64,000 nt of DNA from Acidimicrobiia bacterium (GTDB taxonomy: Bacteria > Actinomycetota > Acidimicrobiia > IMCC26256 > PALSA-610): NCBI GenBank assembly GCA_052148155.1, contig JBKQIY010000019.1:21964-85963 (forward strand), written 5' to 3'. Of the stretch, positions 31,375 through 41,740 are shown one piece after another. The position numbers and the translations under genes were made by a program. The notes beneath the pieces were generated by a model. The model was not told the DNA's origin. It searched no databases and worked only from the letters and a program-made list of their open reading frames with translations. Numbering within the stretch: the first letter of the stretch is position 1; each line of letters begins with the position of its first letter.

Positions 31375-33381
31375 TTGGCCGGCGTCGCGCCGGGGTCGGC
31401 GGTCGAGTCGACGTCGGGCGGTGCCGGGCCACCGTCGGTGGTCGACGTCAACCAGTTGCACGTCGAGTTCCAACGCGGCGGCCGCGCCGTGCAGGCCGTG
31501 CGCGGCGTGGACCTTCAAATCGCCCGCGGCGAAATCCTCGGCCTGGTCGGCGAGTCCGGATCGGGAAAGAGTGTGCTGGGCCTGTCGCTGCTCGGGTTGT
31601 TGCCGGTCGAGCCCCCACCCATGATCGAAGGCAGCGCCGTCGTGTGCGGGGTCGACATGGTGCGGGCATCGGCCCGCGAGCGTCGCCTGGTGCGTCGAGA
31701 TCACCTGGGGGCCGTGTTCCAGGATCCCATGACCTCGCTCAACCCGACCATGCGCGTCGGGCGTCAGGTCGCCGAGGCGGCCGGCACCGAGTCGGAGGCG
31801 ATCAGGCTGCTCGACTCCGTCGGTGTGCCGGAGCCGCGGCGACGGCTCCGGGCCTATCCCCACGAGCTGTCGGGCGGTCTCCGCCAGCGGGTGATGATCG
31901 CCATGGCGGTAGCGGGCAGCCCATCGCTTGTGATCGCCGACGAGCCCACGACCGCCCTCGACGTCACCGTGCAAGCCCAGATCCTCGAGTTGCTCCGCCA
32001 CCTGTGTGACGAGACCGGGTGCACGTTCTTGCTCATCACGCACGACCTCGGTGTCGCCGCCCAGATCGCCGACCGCATCGCCGTGCTCTACGCCGGTCGT
32101 CTGGCGGAGGTGGGTGCCGCCAGAGACGTGCTCCAACGGCCGGCACACCCTTACAGCGTCGGGTTGCTGCGATCGCGCCTGACCCTCGCGGCTCGGCGGG
32201 AGGGACCGCTGCCGACCCTGGCGGGCGAGCCACCCGACCCCCGCGCACTCCCTCCGGGCTGTCCGTTCGGGCCTCGGTGCGGGCTGCACCAAGATGCCTG
32301 CGACGCCGAGCTCCCCACGCTGGTGGCGGCTGGATCTCATCCCGGACTCGCGGCCTGCCGGCGGCTCGGCGTCACCGACGAGCGCGCGGTCGTCAACATC
32401 GAGCGGTGGCCGGCGGTGAGGCGCTCGACGACCCCGGCGGTGACCCTGACCGGCGTCGAAAAGCACTTCACGGTGCGCAACGGCTTCCGGGGCCGGGAGC
32501 GGCTCCAGGCGCTGCGAGGTGTCGACCTGGCCGTCGAGGAAGGGGAGTCCGTCGCTCTTGTCGGCGAAAGCGGATGCGGCAAGTCGACGTTGCTTCGGAC
32601 GGTCGCCGGCCTGTTGAAGCCCGACGCCGGAACCATCACGCTGGGAGCCGGGGCCCGGCCGCAGATGGTGTTCCAGGACGCCGGCGCGTCGCTCACCCCG
32701 TGGATGACCGTCGGCGAGCTGGTCGGCGAACGCCTGCGCAGCGAGGGCGTGGGCCGGGCGCAACGCGCCGTTCGGGTCCGCGACGCCCTCGCGCTCGTCG
32801 GGTTGCCAGAAGAGGTGGCCGGTGCCAAAGCGGCGCAACTGTCCGGCGGCCAGCGCCAGCGGGTGGCACTGGCCCGGGCCACGATCGTGCCCCCTGACGT
32901 GCTGCTGTGCGACGAGCCCACCAGCGCTTTGGATGTGTCGCTCGCCGCCACCGTGCTCAACCTCCTCGGCCGCATCCGCCGCGAGCTGGGGATGGCAATG
33001 CTCTTCGTCACCCACGATCTCGGAGCGGCGCGCGTGATCGCCGACCGCATCGCAGTGATGTACCTCGGGCGCATCGTCGAGATCGGCCCGTCGGAGGGGA
33101 TCGCCTCCTCGCCGCGCCACCCCTACACCCGGTCGCTGCTGGCCGCTGTTCCCGGCGTCGGCATCCTGCGGTCGCCGCTGGAGGGTGAGCCGGCGAGCCC
33201 GTTGCACCCGCCCTCGGGATGCGCCTTCCATCCGCGCTGCCCCATCGCCCTCGAGGAGTGCGCGTCCGCGGAGGTCCCCCTCACCGAGGTGGGAGGCCGG
33301 ATGGTCGCCTGCGTACGCGCCAGCGAACTGGCGGCGCGTGACGAAGCCACCGGATTGGTAGACGCCAGTGGCGATCGCTGA
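31375..33381 (+). CDS. fused double ABC ATPase (OppD/OppF-type)
   Basis: GESGSGKS and GESGCGKS Walker A; LSGG twice; DEPT twice; two oligo_HPY Cys motifs; start uncertain. Confidence 0.93.
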   Translation: MAGVAPGSAVESTSGGAGPPSVVDVNQLHVEFQRGGRAVQAVRGVDLQIARGEILGLVGESGSGKSVLGLSLLGLLPVEPPPMIEGSAVVCGVDMVRASARERRLVRRDHLGAVFQDPMTSLNPTMRVGRQVAEAAGTESEAIRLLDSVGVPEPRRRLRAYPHELSGGLRQRVMIAMAVAGSPSLVIADEPTTALDVTVQAQILELLRHLCDETGCTFLLITHDLGVAAQIADRIAVLYAGRLAEVGAARDVLQRPAHPYSVGLLRSRLTLAARREGPLPTLAGEPPDPRALPPGCPFGPRCGLHQDACDAELPTLVAAGSHPGLAACRRLGVTDERAVVNIERWPAVRRSTTPAVTLTGVEKHFTVRNGFRGRERLQALRGVDLAVEEGESVALVGESGCGKSTLLRTVAGLLKPDAGTITLGAGARPQMVFQDAGASLTPWMTVGELVGERLRSEGVGRAQRAVRVRDALALVGLPEEVAGAKAAQLSGGQRQRVALARATIVPPDVLLCDEPTSALDVSLAATVLNLLGRIRRELGMAMLFVTHDLGAARVIADRIAVMYLGRIVEIGPSEGIASSPRHPYTRSLLAAVPGVGILRSPLEGEPASPLHPPSGCAFHPRCPIALEECASAEVPLTEVGGRMVACVRASELAARDEATGLVDASGDR

Positions 33382-34249
33382 GCCCTACAGGCCCTCCAGC
33401 GTCGGAACACTGCGCGGCCGCGCCATCGTACGGGTCCGCCGCCGGCGACGGTCCCGGGCAGGTCTGCTGGACCGGCTGGCAATCGGGATGCTGCTGGTCA
33501 TCACCGTGATGGCGTTCTTCACCCCCTGGATCGCCCCGTACAAGCCCGATCTCATCGCCGGCAACGCCTTCGCCCACCCCAGCGCCCACTTCCTGCTCGG
33601 CACCGACGAGGTCGGCCGCGACATCTTCAGCCGGGTGCTGTTCGGGCTGCGGACGAGTTGGTTCTCCGCCGTGGCTGTGATCGCCTCGGGCGTGCTGATC
33701 GGAGGCTTGATCGGGCTCGTGGCCGGCACGGCTGGCGGGTGGGTCGACGACGTCCTCATGCGTCTCACCGACGTCTTCCTCGCCCTCCCCGGGCCGATCC
33801 TGGCCATCGCCGTGGTCGCCGCCCTCGGCCCCTCCCTGGACCACACCCTCCTGGCGGTCGCCATCGTGTGGTGGCCCTTCTACTCCCGGATCGTGCGCGG
33901 GGAAGTCAAAGCGCTCGCGGCCCGGCCCCATCTCGAGGCGGCCCGCCTCGCTGGCGTCGGGCGGGTCCGTCTGGCCGTCCGCCACCTCCTGCCGGGAGCG
34001 ATCCCCGCCACCATGGTCACCGCCAGCCTGGACGTAGGCAACCTCGTCCTGACCCTCGCCGCCCTGTCGTTCTTGGGCCTCGGGGCGCCGGCGCCTGCGC
34101 CCGAGTTGGGGGCCATGGCCGCCCGGGGCCTGACCTACCTGCTCACCTACTGGTGGGTGCCGGTGATGCCCGGCCTTGCCGTCCTGTTCCTCGCCCTCGT
34201 ATCCAACCTGGCCGGCGACGGCCTGCGTGACCTGTTGGGGGATCGCTGA
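33368..34249 (+). CDS. ABC permease (OppC/DppC-type)
   Basis: LGTDEVGRDIFSR, EAARLAG, LSFLGLG. Confidence 0.93.
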   Translation: MAIAEPYRPSSVGTLRGRAIVRVRRRRRSRAGLLDRLAIGMLLVITVMAFFTPWIAPYKPDLIAGNAFAHPSAHFLLGTDEVGRDIFSRVLFGLRTSWFSAVAVIASGVLIGGLIGLVAGTAGGWVDDVLMRLTDVFLALPGPILAIAVVAALGPSLDHTLLAVAIVWWPFYSRIVRGEVKALAARPHLEAARLAGVGRVRLAVRHLLPGAIPATMVTASLDVGNLVLTLAALSFLGLGAPAPAPELGAMAARGLTYLLTYWWVPVMPGLAVLFLALVSNLAGDGLRDLLGDR

Positions 34250-35244
34250 TGGTGCAGCTGATCGCCAAACGCCTGATCGCCATGGTGGGGGTACTGCTTT
34301 TCCTCGTCGCCGTGGTCTTCACCCTGCAGCGCCTGACGCCGGAGGACCCGGTCCACGCCTATCTGGGCGGCAACGCGTCGCGGGCGGCCATCAAAGCCGA
34401 GACCCACAAACTCGGCTACGACCGCCCGCTGGTAGTGCAGTACGTCCGCTACATCGACGACCTGATCCACGGCAACCTCCAGACGTCGCTGCGCACCCGG
34501 CGCCCCGTCTCCACCGACCTGGGCGACTACCTGCCCGCGACCCTCGAGCTGGCCACGTACGGACTCCTCCTGGCAGCCGTGCTCGGTGGGATCCTCGGGC
34601 TGGTGACCGCCGCGCCGTTCCGGGGGTCGGGCATGTTCCGGCTGATCATGCTGATAGGAGCGTCGACGCCGCCATTCCTGTTAGCGCTGTTCGGAATCAT
34701 CGTCTTCTACCACCATCTGAACTGGTTACCCGCGACCGGCCGCACGAGCCTGGCCAACCCACCGACGGGCCCGACCGGGTTCCTCACCGTCGACACTCTC
34801 CTCCACGGAGATTGGCACGGGTTCACCGATGCCATCGGCCACCTGGTCCTACCCAGCCTGTGTATCGCCATCCTTCCGGCCGTGTCCATCGGCCGGGTGT
34901 TCCGTTCGAGCCTGGTGTCGACCCTTCGCACCGACTACATCCGCACCGCCCGCTCGAAAGGTCTCCGGGAAATTGTGGTGCTGTGGCGTCACGCCATCCG
35001 CAACTCCGTGGGCGCGGCGCTGTCGATGGGCGGCCTGCAGGTGGGCCTCATGTTCGCGGGCGTGGTGGTGATCGAGTCGATCTTCGCCTGGCCAGGGATC
35101 GGCCTGTACACGGTCCAGTCGATCCCGGTCGCGGACTTCCCGGCCATCGCCGGGGTCACCCTGGTGCTCGGCGTCGGCTACGTGCTGGTCAACGCGGCGG
35201 TCGACATCCTCCAGGCCGTCGCCGATCCCCGCATCGTGCTGTAG
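34249..35244 (+). CDS. ABC permease (OppB/DppB-type)
   Basis: PATLEL, DYIRTARSKGL, IESIFAWPGIG, ADPRI. Confidence 0.93.
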   Translation: MVQLIAKRLIAMVGVLLFLVAVVFTLQRLTPEDPVHAYLGGNASRAAIKAETHKLGYDRPLVVQYVRYIDDLIHGNLQTSLRTRRPVSTDLGDYLPATLELATYGLLLAAVLGGILGLVTAAPFRGSGMFRLIMLIGASTPPFLLALFGIIVFYHHLNWLPATGRTSLANPPTGPTGFLTVDTLLHGDWHGFTDAIGHLVLPSLCIAILPAVSIGRVFRSSLVSTLRTDYIRTARSKGLREIVVLWRHAIRNSVGAALSMGGLQVGLMFAGVVVIESIFAWPGIGLYTVQSIPVADFPAIAGVTLVLGVGYVLVNAAVDILQAVADPRIVL

Positions 35245-35246
35245 GC

Positions 35247-35738
35247 CTAGGCGTTCCCGTTACGCGACGGCCGCAGGAACTCCGGTTGCCACTGCTTGAC
35301 CATGCGGAGGTAGGTGATGACCTCCACGTCCTTCACGCCGTCGATGGCGCGGATCTCGTCGTTGACCAGCGCCAGCAGGTCGTCGGTGTCGACGCACACC
35401 ACCTCGGCGAGGCAGTCGTAGCGGCCAGCGGTGAGGACCACGAAGTGCACCTGCTCCATGCGGCCGATGGCGTCGGCGAGCAGCCTCAGGTCACCTGTGT
35501 AGGTGACTCCGACCATGGCCGTCAGCGCGAAACCGAAGGCGAACGGGTCGGCGACGGCGGCGATCTGCAGCGCCCCGGAGTCGAGGAGACGTTGCACGCG
35601 GCTGCGCACGGAGGCCTGGGACATCCCCACCACCTCAGCCAGACGGGCGTACGAGCTTCGGCCGTCGCGTTGCAGCGCGAGCACCAACCGGCGGTCGATG
35701 TCGTCGAACCGGGGTCGAGCGATCTCCGCGCCGGCCAT
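35247..35738 (-). CDS. Lrp/AsnC family transcriptional regulator
   Basis: DDIDRRLVLALQRDGR HTH; TAGRYD; divergent from the carboxylase. Confidence 0.92.
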   Translation of the reverse strand: MAGAEIARPRFDDIDRRLVLALQRDGRSSYARLAEVVGMSQASVRSRVQRLLDSGALQIAAVADPFAFGFALTAMVGVTYTGDLRLLADAIGRMEQVHFVVLTAGRYDCLAEVVCVDTDDLLALVNDEIRAIDGVKDVEVITYLRMVKQWQPEFLRPSRNGNA

Positions 35739-35781
35739 GTATGGGGGAGCGTATCGAAGCGCCGCTCCCGGCGCGCCCGAC

Positions 35782-35797
35782 GAAACGTGGTCTTCAC
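35782..35797 (+). promoter_or_regulatory. possible GlnR-type box
   Basis: GAAAC-N6-TTCAC upstream of the carboxylase start; resembles GlnR b-site/a-site spacing. Confidence 0.35.
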
Positions 35798-35841
35798 AGC
35801 CGGGCGCCCACCGGCCGATCGAGCACGACGAGGGGACGTTC

Positions 35842-38800
35842 ATGTTCACTAAGGTCCTGGTCGCAAACCGCGGGGAGATCGCCTGTCGGATCCTTCGCAC
35901 CCTCCGTGCCATGGCGATCTCGTCCGTGGCGGTGTACACCGACGCCGATGCCGGATCTCTGCACGTTCGGATGGCCGACGAGGCGATCCGCATCGGTGAA
36001 GGTCCGGTGGCCCTCAGCTACCTCGACCAGACCCTGATCCTCGACGTCGCCACCAGCCTCGGCGCTGAGGCCCTGCACCCGGGCTACGGCTTCCTTTCCG
36101 AGAACGCGGCGTTCGCGTCGGCGTGCGGCGCGGCCGGCGTGACCTGGATCGGCCCCGACCCCGACCACATCCGCCGGTTCGGCGACAAGCACGAAGCCCG
36201 AGCGTTGGCCGCCGACCTGGGGGTCGGACTGCTGGCGGGCACGGGGCTGTTGGACTCGGTCGACTCCGCTGTCGACGCCGCCTCCCGGATCGGGTATCCG
36301 GTGATGCTCAAGGCGACCGCCGGTGGCGGAGGTATCGGGATGCAACGGTGCGACGGCCCGGCAGCCCTAGCCCAGGCTTTCGAGACCGTCACCCGGCTGG
36401 CGCGCAACCACTTCGGTGAAGGTGGCGTCTTCATCGAACGGTTCGTGGAGCGGGCACGCCATGTCGAGGTGCAGCTGTTCGGCGCCAACGGCGAAGTCGT
36501 CGCCCTCGGTGAGCGGGACTGCTCGGCGCAACGCCGTCACCAGAAGGTCATCGAGGAGGCGCCCCCCGTCGGGCTGCCGGCCGAGCTGCTCGCCTCACTC
36601 AGAGCCGACGCGCTGCGGCTCGGGCGGGCCGTGGGCTACCGGTCGGCGGGCACGGTCGAGTTCGTCGTCGACGTCGAACGCCTCGACGCAGCCTTCCTCG
36701 AGGTCAACACCCGTCTCCAAGTCGAACACGCCGTCACCGAGCTGGTGGCTGGCATCGACCTGGTGGAGTGGATGGTCCTGGAGGCCGCGGGATCGCTCGA
36801 TGATCTCGGCGAACGGGCGACGAGGCTCGTCGCCCGGGGAGCGGCGATCGAAGCGCGGGTCTACGCCGAGGACCCTGCGCACGGGAACCGCCCACAGAGC
36901 GGCGAGCTCGTCGGGCTGGCGTTCCCGGCGGGAGTGCGGGTCGACACCTGGGTCGAGGCCGGCACCGAGATCAGCTCCTGGTACGACCCGCTGGTGGCCA
37001 AGGTCGTGGTGCACGGCGAGGACCGGGGCGCCGCGGTCGAGGCCCTCGACCGGGCCCTGACCGACGTCCGCGTCGACGGCGTGGCGACCAACGTCGGGCT
37101 CCTGGCGGCGGCGGTGGCCGACGGCCGATTTGTCGACGGGGGCTACACCACCTCCTTCCTCGACGCCGTCGCCTACCGGCCGGCAACGATCGAGGTGCTC
37201 GCCGGCGGGATGCAGACGACGGTGCAAGACCATCCCGGCCGCCTCGGCTACTGGGCGATCGGCGTTCCGCCATCGGGACCCATGGACGACCTCGCCTTCC
37301 GGCTGGGTAACCAGCTCCTCGGCAACCATCCGTCAGCGGCCGGGTTGGAGGTCGTCCTGGCCGGGCCCACCCTGCGGTTCGACACGCCGGCGCTCGTGGC
37401 GATCACCGGGGCGGCAATGGACGCCACCGTCGACGGCGTGGCCGTGCCCGGCTGGACGGCGCTTGCTGTGGCCGCCGGGTCGACACTTTCGATCGGTTCG
37501 CCGACGGGGGCCGGGTGCCGGGCCTACGTATGCGTTCGGGGCGGATTGGACATCCCGATGTACCTGGGGAGCCGGTCGACGTTCCTCCTCGGCGGGTTCG
37601 GAGGGCACCGAGGGCGCGCCCTCGCACCGGGCGACGTCTTAGTCTTCGGCGCCGTCACGCCCGTCGCCGAGGCAGGTGACGTCGTCCCCGCCGCGCTCGT
37701 ACCGGTCTACGGCCGCGAGTGGCACGTCGGGGTGGTGGACGGGCCCCACGGGGCGCCGGACTTCCTGACACCGGCGGGGATCGACGCGTTCTTCGCTGCG
37801 GCCTGGCATGTCCATCACCATTCCGACCGCACGGGGGTGCGGCTGGTAGGGCCGACTCCCGAGTGGGCCAGGCCGGACGGCGGCGAGGCCGGGCTACACC
37901 CGTCCAACATCCACGACACGACCTACGCCGTCGGAGCCGTCGACTTCACAGGGGACATGCCGGTCGTGCTCGGGCCGGACGGGCCGAGCCTCGGCGGGTT
38001 CGTGTGTCCGGTCACGACCGTCAGTGCCGACCGGTGGAAGCTCGGGCAGCTGACCGCCGGAGACCTGGTCCGGTTCGTCCGCCTCGATCCGGTGGCGGCG
38101 CTGGCGCTGATGGAGGCTCAGGAGGAGGAGCTGGCGACCCTCAACGCAGCGGGGGCGTCCGTGGTGGCATCGGTGGGGGCCCCGCCGCGGGAGGTCGAGG
38201 CCGCGTGGGACGTCGAGGCGGCGGAGGTCCGCCCAGCGGGGGGCGCGGCCGCACGTGGCTTCGCCGGCGCCAACCCAGTCCTGCGGAGCCGGGTGTTGGA
38301 CCCGGACACGACGGACAGGCCGTCGGTCACATACCGACGGTCCGGCGACCGTTGCGTGCTCGTCGAGTACGGCGACAACGTGTTGGACCTGGCGTTGCGG
38401 TTCCGCATCCATGCCTTGATGGAGGCTCTGGGCGCGGCTCGTATCCGCGGCATCGAGGAACTGTCCCCTGGCATCCGGTCGTTGCAGGTGCGCCACGATC
38501 CGCGGGTGCTCCCCACCGCGCGGCTCATCGATGCGCTCGAGGCGGTCGAGGTCAAGCTCCCAGCGGCGACCGACCTGGTCGTGCCGAGCCGGATCGTCCA
38601 CCTCCCGCTCTCGTGGGACGACCCCGCGACGCGCCTGGCCATCGACCGCTACATGAAGGTCGTCCGTGACGACGCCCCCTGGTGCCCGTGGAACATCGAG
38701 TTCATCCGCCGCATCAACGGTCTGGACACCGTGGACGAGGTGCGCGAAATCGTGTTCGCGGCGAGCTACGTCGTCCTCGGCTTGGGTGACGTGTATCTCG

Positions 38801-39543
38801 GAGCGCCCGTGGCGACCCCCCTCGATCCGCGCCACCGGCTGGTCACGACGAAATACAACCCGGCGCGGACGTGGACCCCGGAGAACGCGGTGGGCATCGG
38901 TGGCGCCTACCTGTGCGTGTACGGCATGGAAGGCCCGGGCGGTTACCAGTTCGTCGGGCGCACGGTACAGATGTGGAACCGCTACCGGCGCACGCCGGAC
39001 TTTCCCGGATCACGGCGCTGGCTCCTGCGCTTCTTCGACCAGTTGCGGTTCTATCCCGTAGGCGCCGACGAGCTGCTCGACCTGCGTTGCGACTTCGCCC
39101 TCGGGCGCCACCAGCTGGAGATCACCGAGACCGAGTTGTCGCTGGCGGAGTACCGCCGGTTCCTGGCCGACGAGAGCGGAACGATCGATGCCTTCAAGCT
39201 GCGCCAGCGGGCGGCCTTCGATGCCGAGCGACAGCGCTGGGAGGCCAGCGGGGAGCTCGCCCGGATCGCCACCGTCCCCGAGGACGACGGCGACGCCGAC
39301 GCGGTCGAGGCGACGGTCCCGGACGGCGCCATCGGCGTCTCCACACCGGTCCAGGGTGTCGTCGCCCAGGTCGTCGCCGTCGGTGACGAGGTCGAGCAAG
39401 GCGCGGCGGTGGTCGTCGTGGAAGCCATGAAGATGGAGACCGCGGTCCCCTGCCCGATGTCCGGCACCGTCACCGAGGTCCGCTGCCGGCCCGGCCAGAT
39501 CGTGACCGCAGGCCAGACCCTTATCGTGTTGGCGGGCCCATGA
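35842..39543 (+). CDS. uca: urea/guanidine carboxylase (biotin-dependent), Asp-type
   Basis: VLVANRGEIA, HPGYGFLSEN, EVNTRLQVEH, HPSNIHD...VDFTGD, GGYQFVGRT, EAMKME biotin site; ATG 35842. Confidence 0.96.
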   Translation: MFTKVLVANRGEIACRILRTLRAMAISSVAVYTDADAGSLHVRMADEAIRIGEGPVALSYLDQTLILDVATSLGAEALHPGYGFLSENAAFASACGAAGVTWIGPDPDHIRRFGDKHEARALAADLGVGLLAGTGLLDSVDSAVDAASRIGYPVMLKATAGGGGIGMQRCDGPAALAQAFETVTRLARNHFGEGGVFIERFVERARHVEVQLFGANGEVVALGERDCSAQRRHQKVIEEAPPVGLPAELLASLRADALRLGRAVGYRSAGTVEFVVDVERLDAAFLEVNTRLQVEHAVTELVAGIDLVEWMVLEAAGSLDDLGERATRLVARGAAIEARVYAEDPAHGNRPQSGELVGLAFPAGVRVDTWVEAGTEISSWYDPLVAKVVVHGEDRGAAVEALDRALTDVRVDGVATNVGLLAAAVADGRFVDGGYTTSFLDAVAYRPATIEVLAGGMQTTVQDHPGRLGYWAIGVPPSGPMDDLAFRLGNQLLGNHPSAAGLEVVLAGPTLRFDTPALVAITGAAMDATVDGVAVPGWTALAVAAGSTLSIGSPTGAGCRAYVCVRGGLDIPMYLGSRSTFLLGGFGGHRGRALAPGDVLVFGAVTPVAEAGDVVPAALVPVYGREWHVGVVDGPHGAPDFLTPAGIDAFFAAAWHVHHHSDRTGVRLVGPTPEWARPDGGEAGLHPSNIHDTTYAVGAVDFTGDMPVVLGPDGPSLGGFVCPVTTVSADRWKLGQLTAGDLVRFVRLDPVAALALMEAQEEELATLNAAGASVVASVGAPPREVEAAWDVEAAEVRPAGGAAARGFAGANPVLRSRVLDPDTTDRPSVTYRRSGDRCVLVEYGDNVLDLALRFRIHALMEALGAARIRGIEELSPGIRSLQVRHDPRVLPTARLIDALEAVEVKLPAATDLVVPSRIVHLPLSWDDPATRLAIDRYMKVVRDDAPWCPWNIEFIRRINGLDTVDEVREIVFAASYVVLGLGDVYLGAPVATPLDPRHRLVTTKYNPARTWTPENAVGIGGAYLCVYGMEGPGGYQFVGRTVQMWNRYRRTPDFPGSRRWLLRFFDQLRFYPVGADELLDLRCDFALGRHQLEITETELSLAEYRRFLADESGTIDAFKLRQRAAFDAERQRWEASGELARIATVPEDDGDADAVEATVPDGAIGVSTPVQGVVAQVVAVGDEVEQGAAVVVVEAMKMETAVPCPMSGTVTEVRCRPGQIVTAGQTLIVLAGP

Positions 39544-41321
39544 CCGGGTCGTTCACGCCGCTCGGCCCCGGGCCGGCAGGGATCGCGGAGCTGCGAGCCG
39601 ATCTCGCGGCTGGTGCGACGACCCCCGCCGCGGTCGTCAAACGGGCCTACGCGGCCCTCGCCCAACTGGAGTCGGCCGTGATCAACTTCGTGCCGGAGGA
39701 GACCGCGCTGGCCCTCGCCGATCGGGACCTTGATGGCCTGCCGCTGGGAGGCGTCCCCTTCGTCATCAAGGACAACATCGACGTCGCCGGGGTGGCCACG
39801 ACCGCCGGCTGCCCGAGCTTTTCGTATCTGCCGTCCGAGTCGGCCACAGTGGTGCAGCGCCTCGTCGAGGCCGGGGCCATTCCCGTAGCCAAGACCAACC
39901 TGGATCAGTTCGCCACCGGTCTGGTGGGTACCCGCAGCCCCTACGGAATCCCGCTGAACCCCTTCGATCGCACGCGGGTGCCCGGTGGTTCGAGCTCGGG
40001 ATCGGCGGTGGCGGTCGCCTGCGGCGCCGTCCCGTTCGCGCTGGGGACGGATACGGCCGGGTCGGGGCGGGTGCCGGCGGCCTTCACGGGCACGGTCGGG
40101 CTCAAGCCCACCCGAGGGTGGCTGAGCACCAAAGGTGTCGTACCTGCGGTGCGGACACTCGACTGTGTGTCGATCTTCGCCCTGTCGGTCGAGGACGCGT
40201 GGGCGGTCGCGGTGCTCGCCGCGGCGTTCGACCCCGCCGACCCCTTCAGCCGCCGCCGACCGGCCTGGCATCCCCTCCGGTCGCCCGGCCCCCGCGTCGG
40301 TGTCGGTCGCGGGATCGACCTGGCGTCCGTCCTCGACCTGCCGTCCGCCCTCGCCCAAGCCGCGGGGAGCGCCGTCATACAGGAGATCGAGGTCGCGCCC
40401 CTGCTGGAGGCCGGGCGCCTTCTCTACGGCGGGCCGGCCGTCGCCGAGCGCTTCGCCGCCGTGGGCGACTTCCTGGCCGCTGACCCGCCCGGCGTCGATC
40501 CCACCGTCCGAGAGATCATCCTCGACGCCAACCGGTGGACCGCGTCGGATGCCGCCGTCGCCGGTTACGAGCTCGCCCACCTCCGGCGCGTCGCCGAGGC
40601 GATATGGGAGGACATCGACGTGCTCGTCTTGCCGACCGTCGCCCGTCACCCCACCCTCGCCGAAGTGGCGGCCGATCCCGTCGGCGTCAACGCCGAACTG
40701 GGGACCTACACCACATTCGCCAACCTGCTCGACCTGTGCGCGGTCGCGGTGCCGACCGGCCTTCGAAGCGGGTTGCCGCAAGGTGTGTGCGTCCTGGCGC
40801 CGGCGTGGGCAGACGCCCTTGCCGGGGCGGTCGCGTCGCAGATCCACCTGGCGACTGGGGGCCTCCGGGGAGTCGTCGGCCGTCCGGTCGCCGACACTGG
40901 CTGGGCACCGCCCAGGACCAGTGGAGGCATCGACCTGGCCGTGGTCGGTGCGCACCTGGCAGGCCAGCCGCTGCACCATCAGCTCACGGAGCTCGGCGCC
41001 GTGTTCGTCGCCGCCACCACGACAACGTCCGACTACCGCCTTTACGCCCTGCCCGACACCGTCCCCGCCAAACCTGGCCTGGTCAGAGTCGCCGCGGGCA
41101 CGGGCCGGGCCATCGAGGTCGAGGTCTACCGTCTCGACGCAGCCGGCTTTGGTCGGTTCGTGGCCGAGGTGGCGCCCCCGTTGTGCATCGGCACCGTCCG
41201 CCTCCCGTCCGGTCCGGTCGCCGGCTTCTTGTGCGAGCCGCTCGCGGTGGAGGGCGCGATCGACATCAGCGAGTACGGGGCCTGGCGCGCCTACCGCTCG
41301 GTTCGCCCCGCACACCCCTGA
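39540..41321 (+). CDS. atzF: allophanate hydrolase
   Basis: KDNID, GGSSSGS, GTDTAGSGRVPA amidase signature; C-terminal VVGAHLAGQPL domain; ATGA overlap with uca. Confidence 0.95.
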   Translation: MTGSFTPLGPGPAGIAELRADLAAGATTPAAVVKRAYAALAQLESAVINFVPEETALALADRDLDGLPLGGVPFVIKDNIDVAGVATTAGCPSFSYLPSESATVVQRLVEAGAIPVAKTNLDQFATGLVGTRSPYGIPLNPFDRTRVPGGSSSGSAVAVACGAVPFALGTDTAGSGRVPAAFTGTVGLKPTRGWLSTKGVVPAVRTLDCVSIFALSVEDAWAVAVLAAAFDPADPFSRRRPAWHPLRSPGPRVGVGRGIDLASVLDLPSALAQAAGSAVIQEIEVAPLLEAGRLLYGGPAVAERFAAVGDFLAADPPGVDPTVREIILDANRWTASDAAVAGYELAHLRRVAEAIWEDIDVLVLPTVARHPTLAEVAADPVGVNAELGTYTTFANLLDLCAVAVPTGLRSGLPQGVCVLAPAWADALAGAVASQIHLATGGLRGVVGRPVADTGWAPPRTSGGIDLAVVGAHLAGQPLHHQLTELGAVFVAATTTTSDYRLYALPDTVPAKPGLVRVAAGTGRAIEVEVYRLDAAGFGRFVAEVAPPLCIGTVRLPSGPVAGFLCEPLAVEGAIDISEYGAWRAYRSVRPAHP

Positions 41322-41349
41322 CTGCCGTCATTTCCTCGGGGGAGCGCCG

Positions 41350-41740
41350 CGAACCTCCTGGCCGTCGCCTCGACCAGATTGCGGACGTGGCGGCGCGTCG
41401 CGCATCGTCGAGTGCTGATGCTGGCGTTCCCTGCAGGAGCGGTGAGCCAACCTTGTCGGCGAGACCCGGGCAGTGTCCTTGGCGCCGAAGATACGCAGCT
41501 GTTGCGGCGCCGAGCCGATGAACGTTGGTCCGGCGGCCTCGACCTGTTCTGCGAACTCGTGGCGCTCGGCAAGGCCTCCGAAGCCCGGGTGGCTTGCGCG
41601 CCGCGCTCAAGCGCGGCGGCGATGATGGCCTGCGCGTCGAGAGAGCTCGCGGCGGCTGGGTGACCGCCGGATGCGGCCCGTTTCATCGGCGAGTCGAGCA
41701 GGCCGCGTCTCCGTGTCGGCGTCCGAGTACACCGCTGGTC
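41350..41740 (-). pseudogene. decayed N-terminal remnant of a second urea/guanidine carboxylase
   Basis: Across frameshifts: AVYSDAD...LADE..RI / SLDAQAIIAAA..GAQA / HPGFGGLAERHEFAEQVEAAGPTFIG..PQQLRIFGAKDTAR, collinear with the BC domain of 35842..39543. Confidence 0.85.

Noticed and set aside
27980-41315. Long minus-strand ORFs 27980..29491, 31285..33231 and 39051..41315
   Set aside because: Antisense shadows of the GS-like, ABC ATPase and atzF genes
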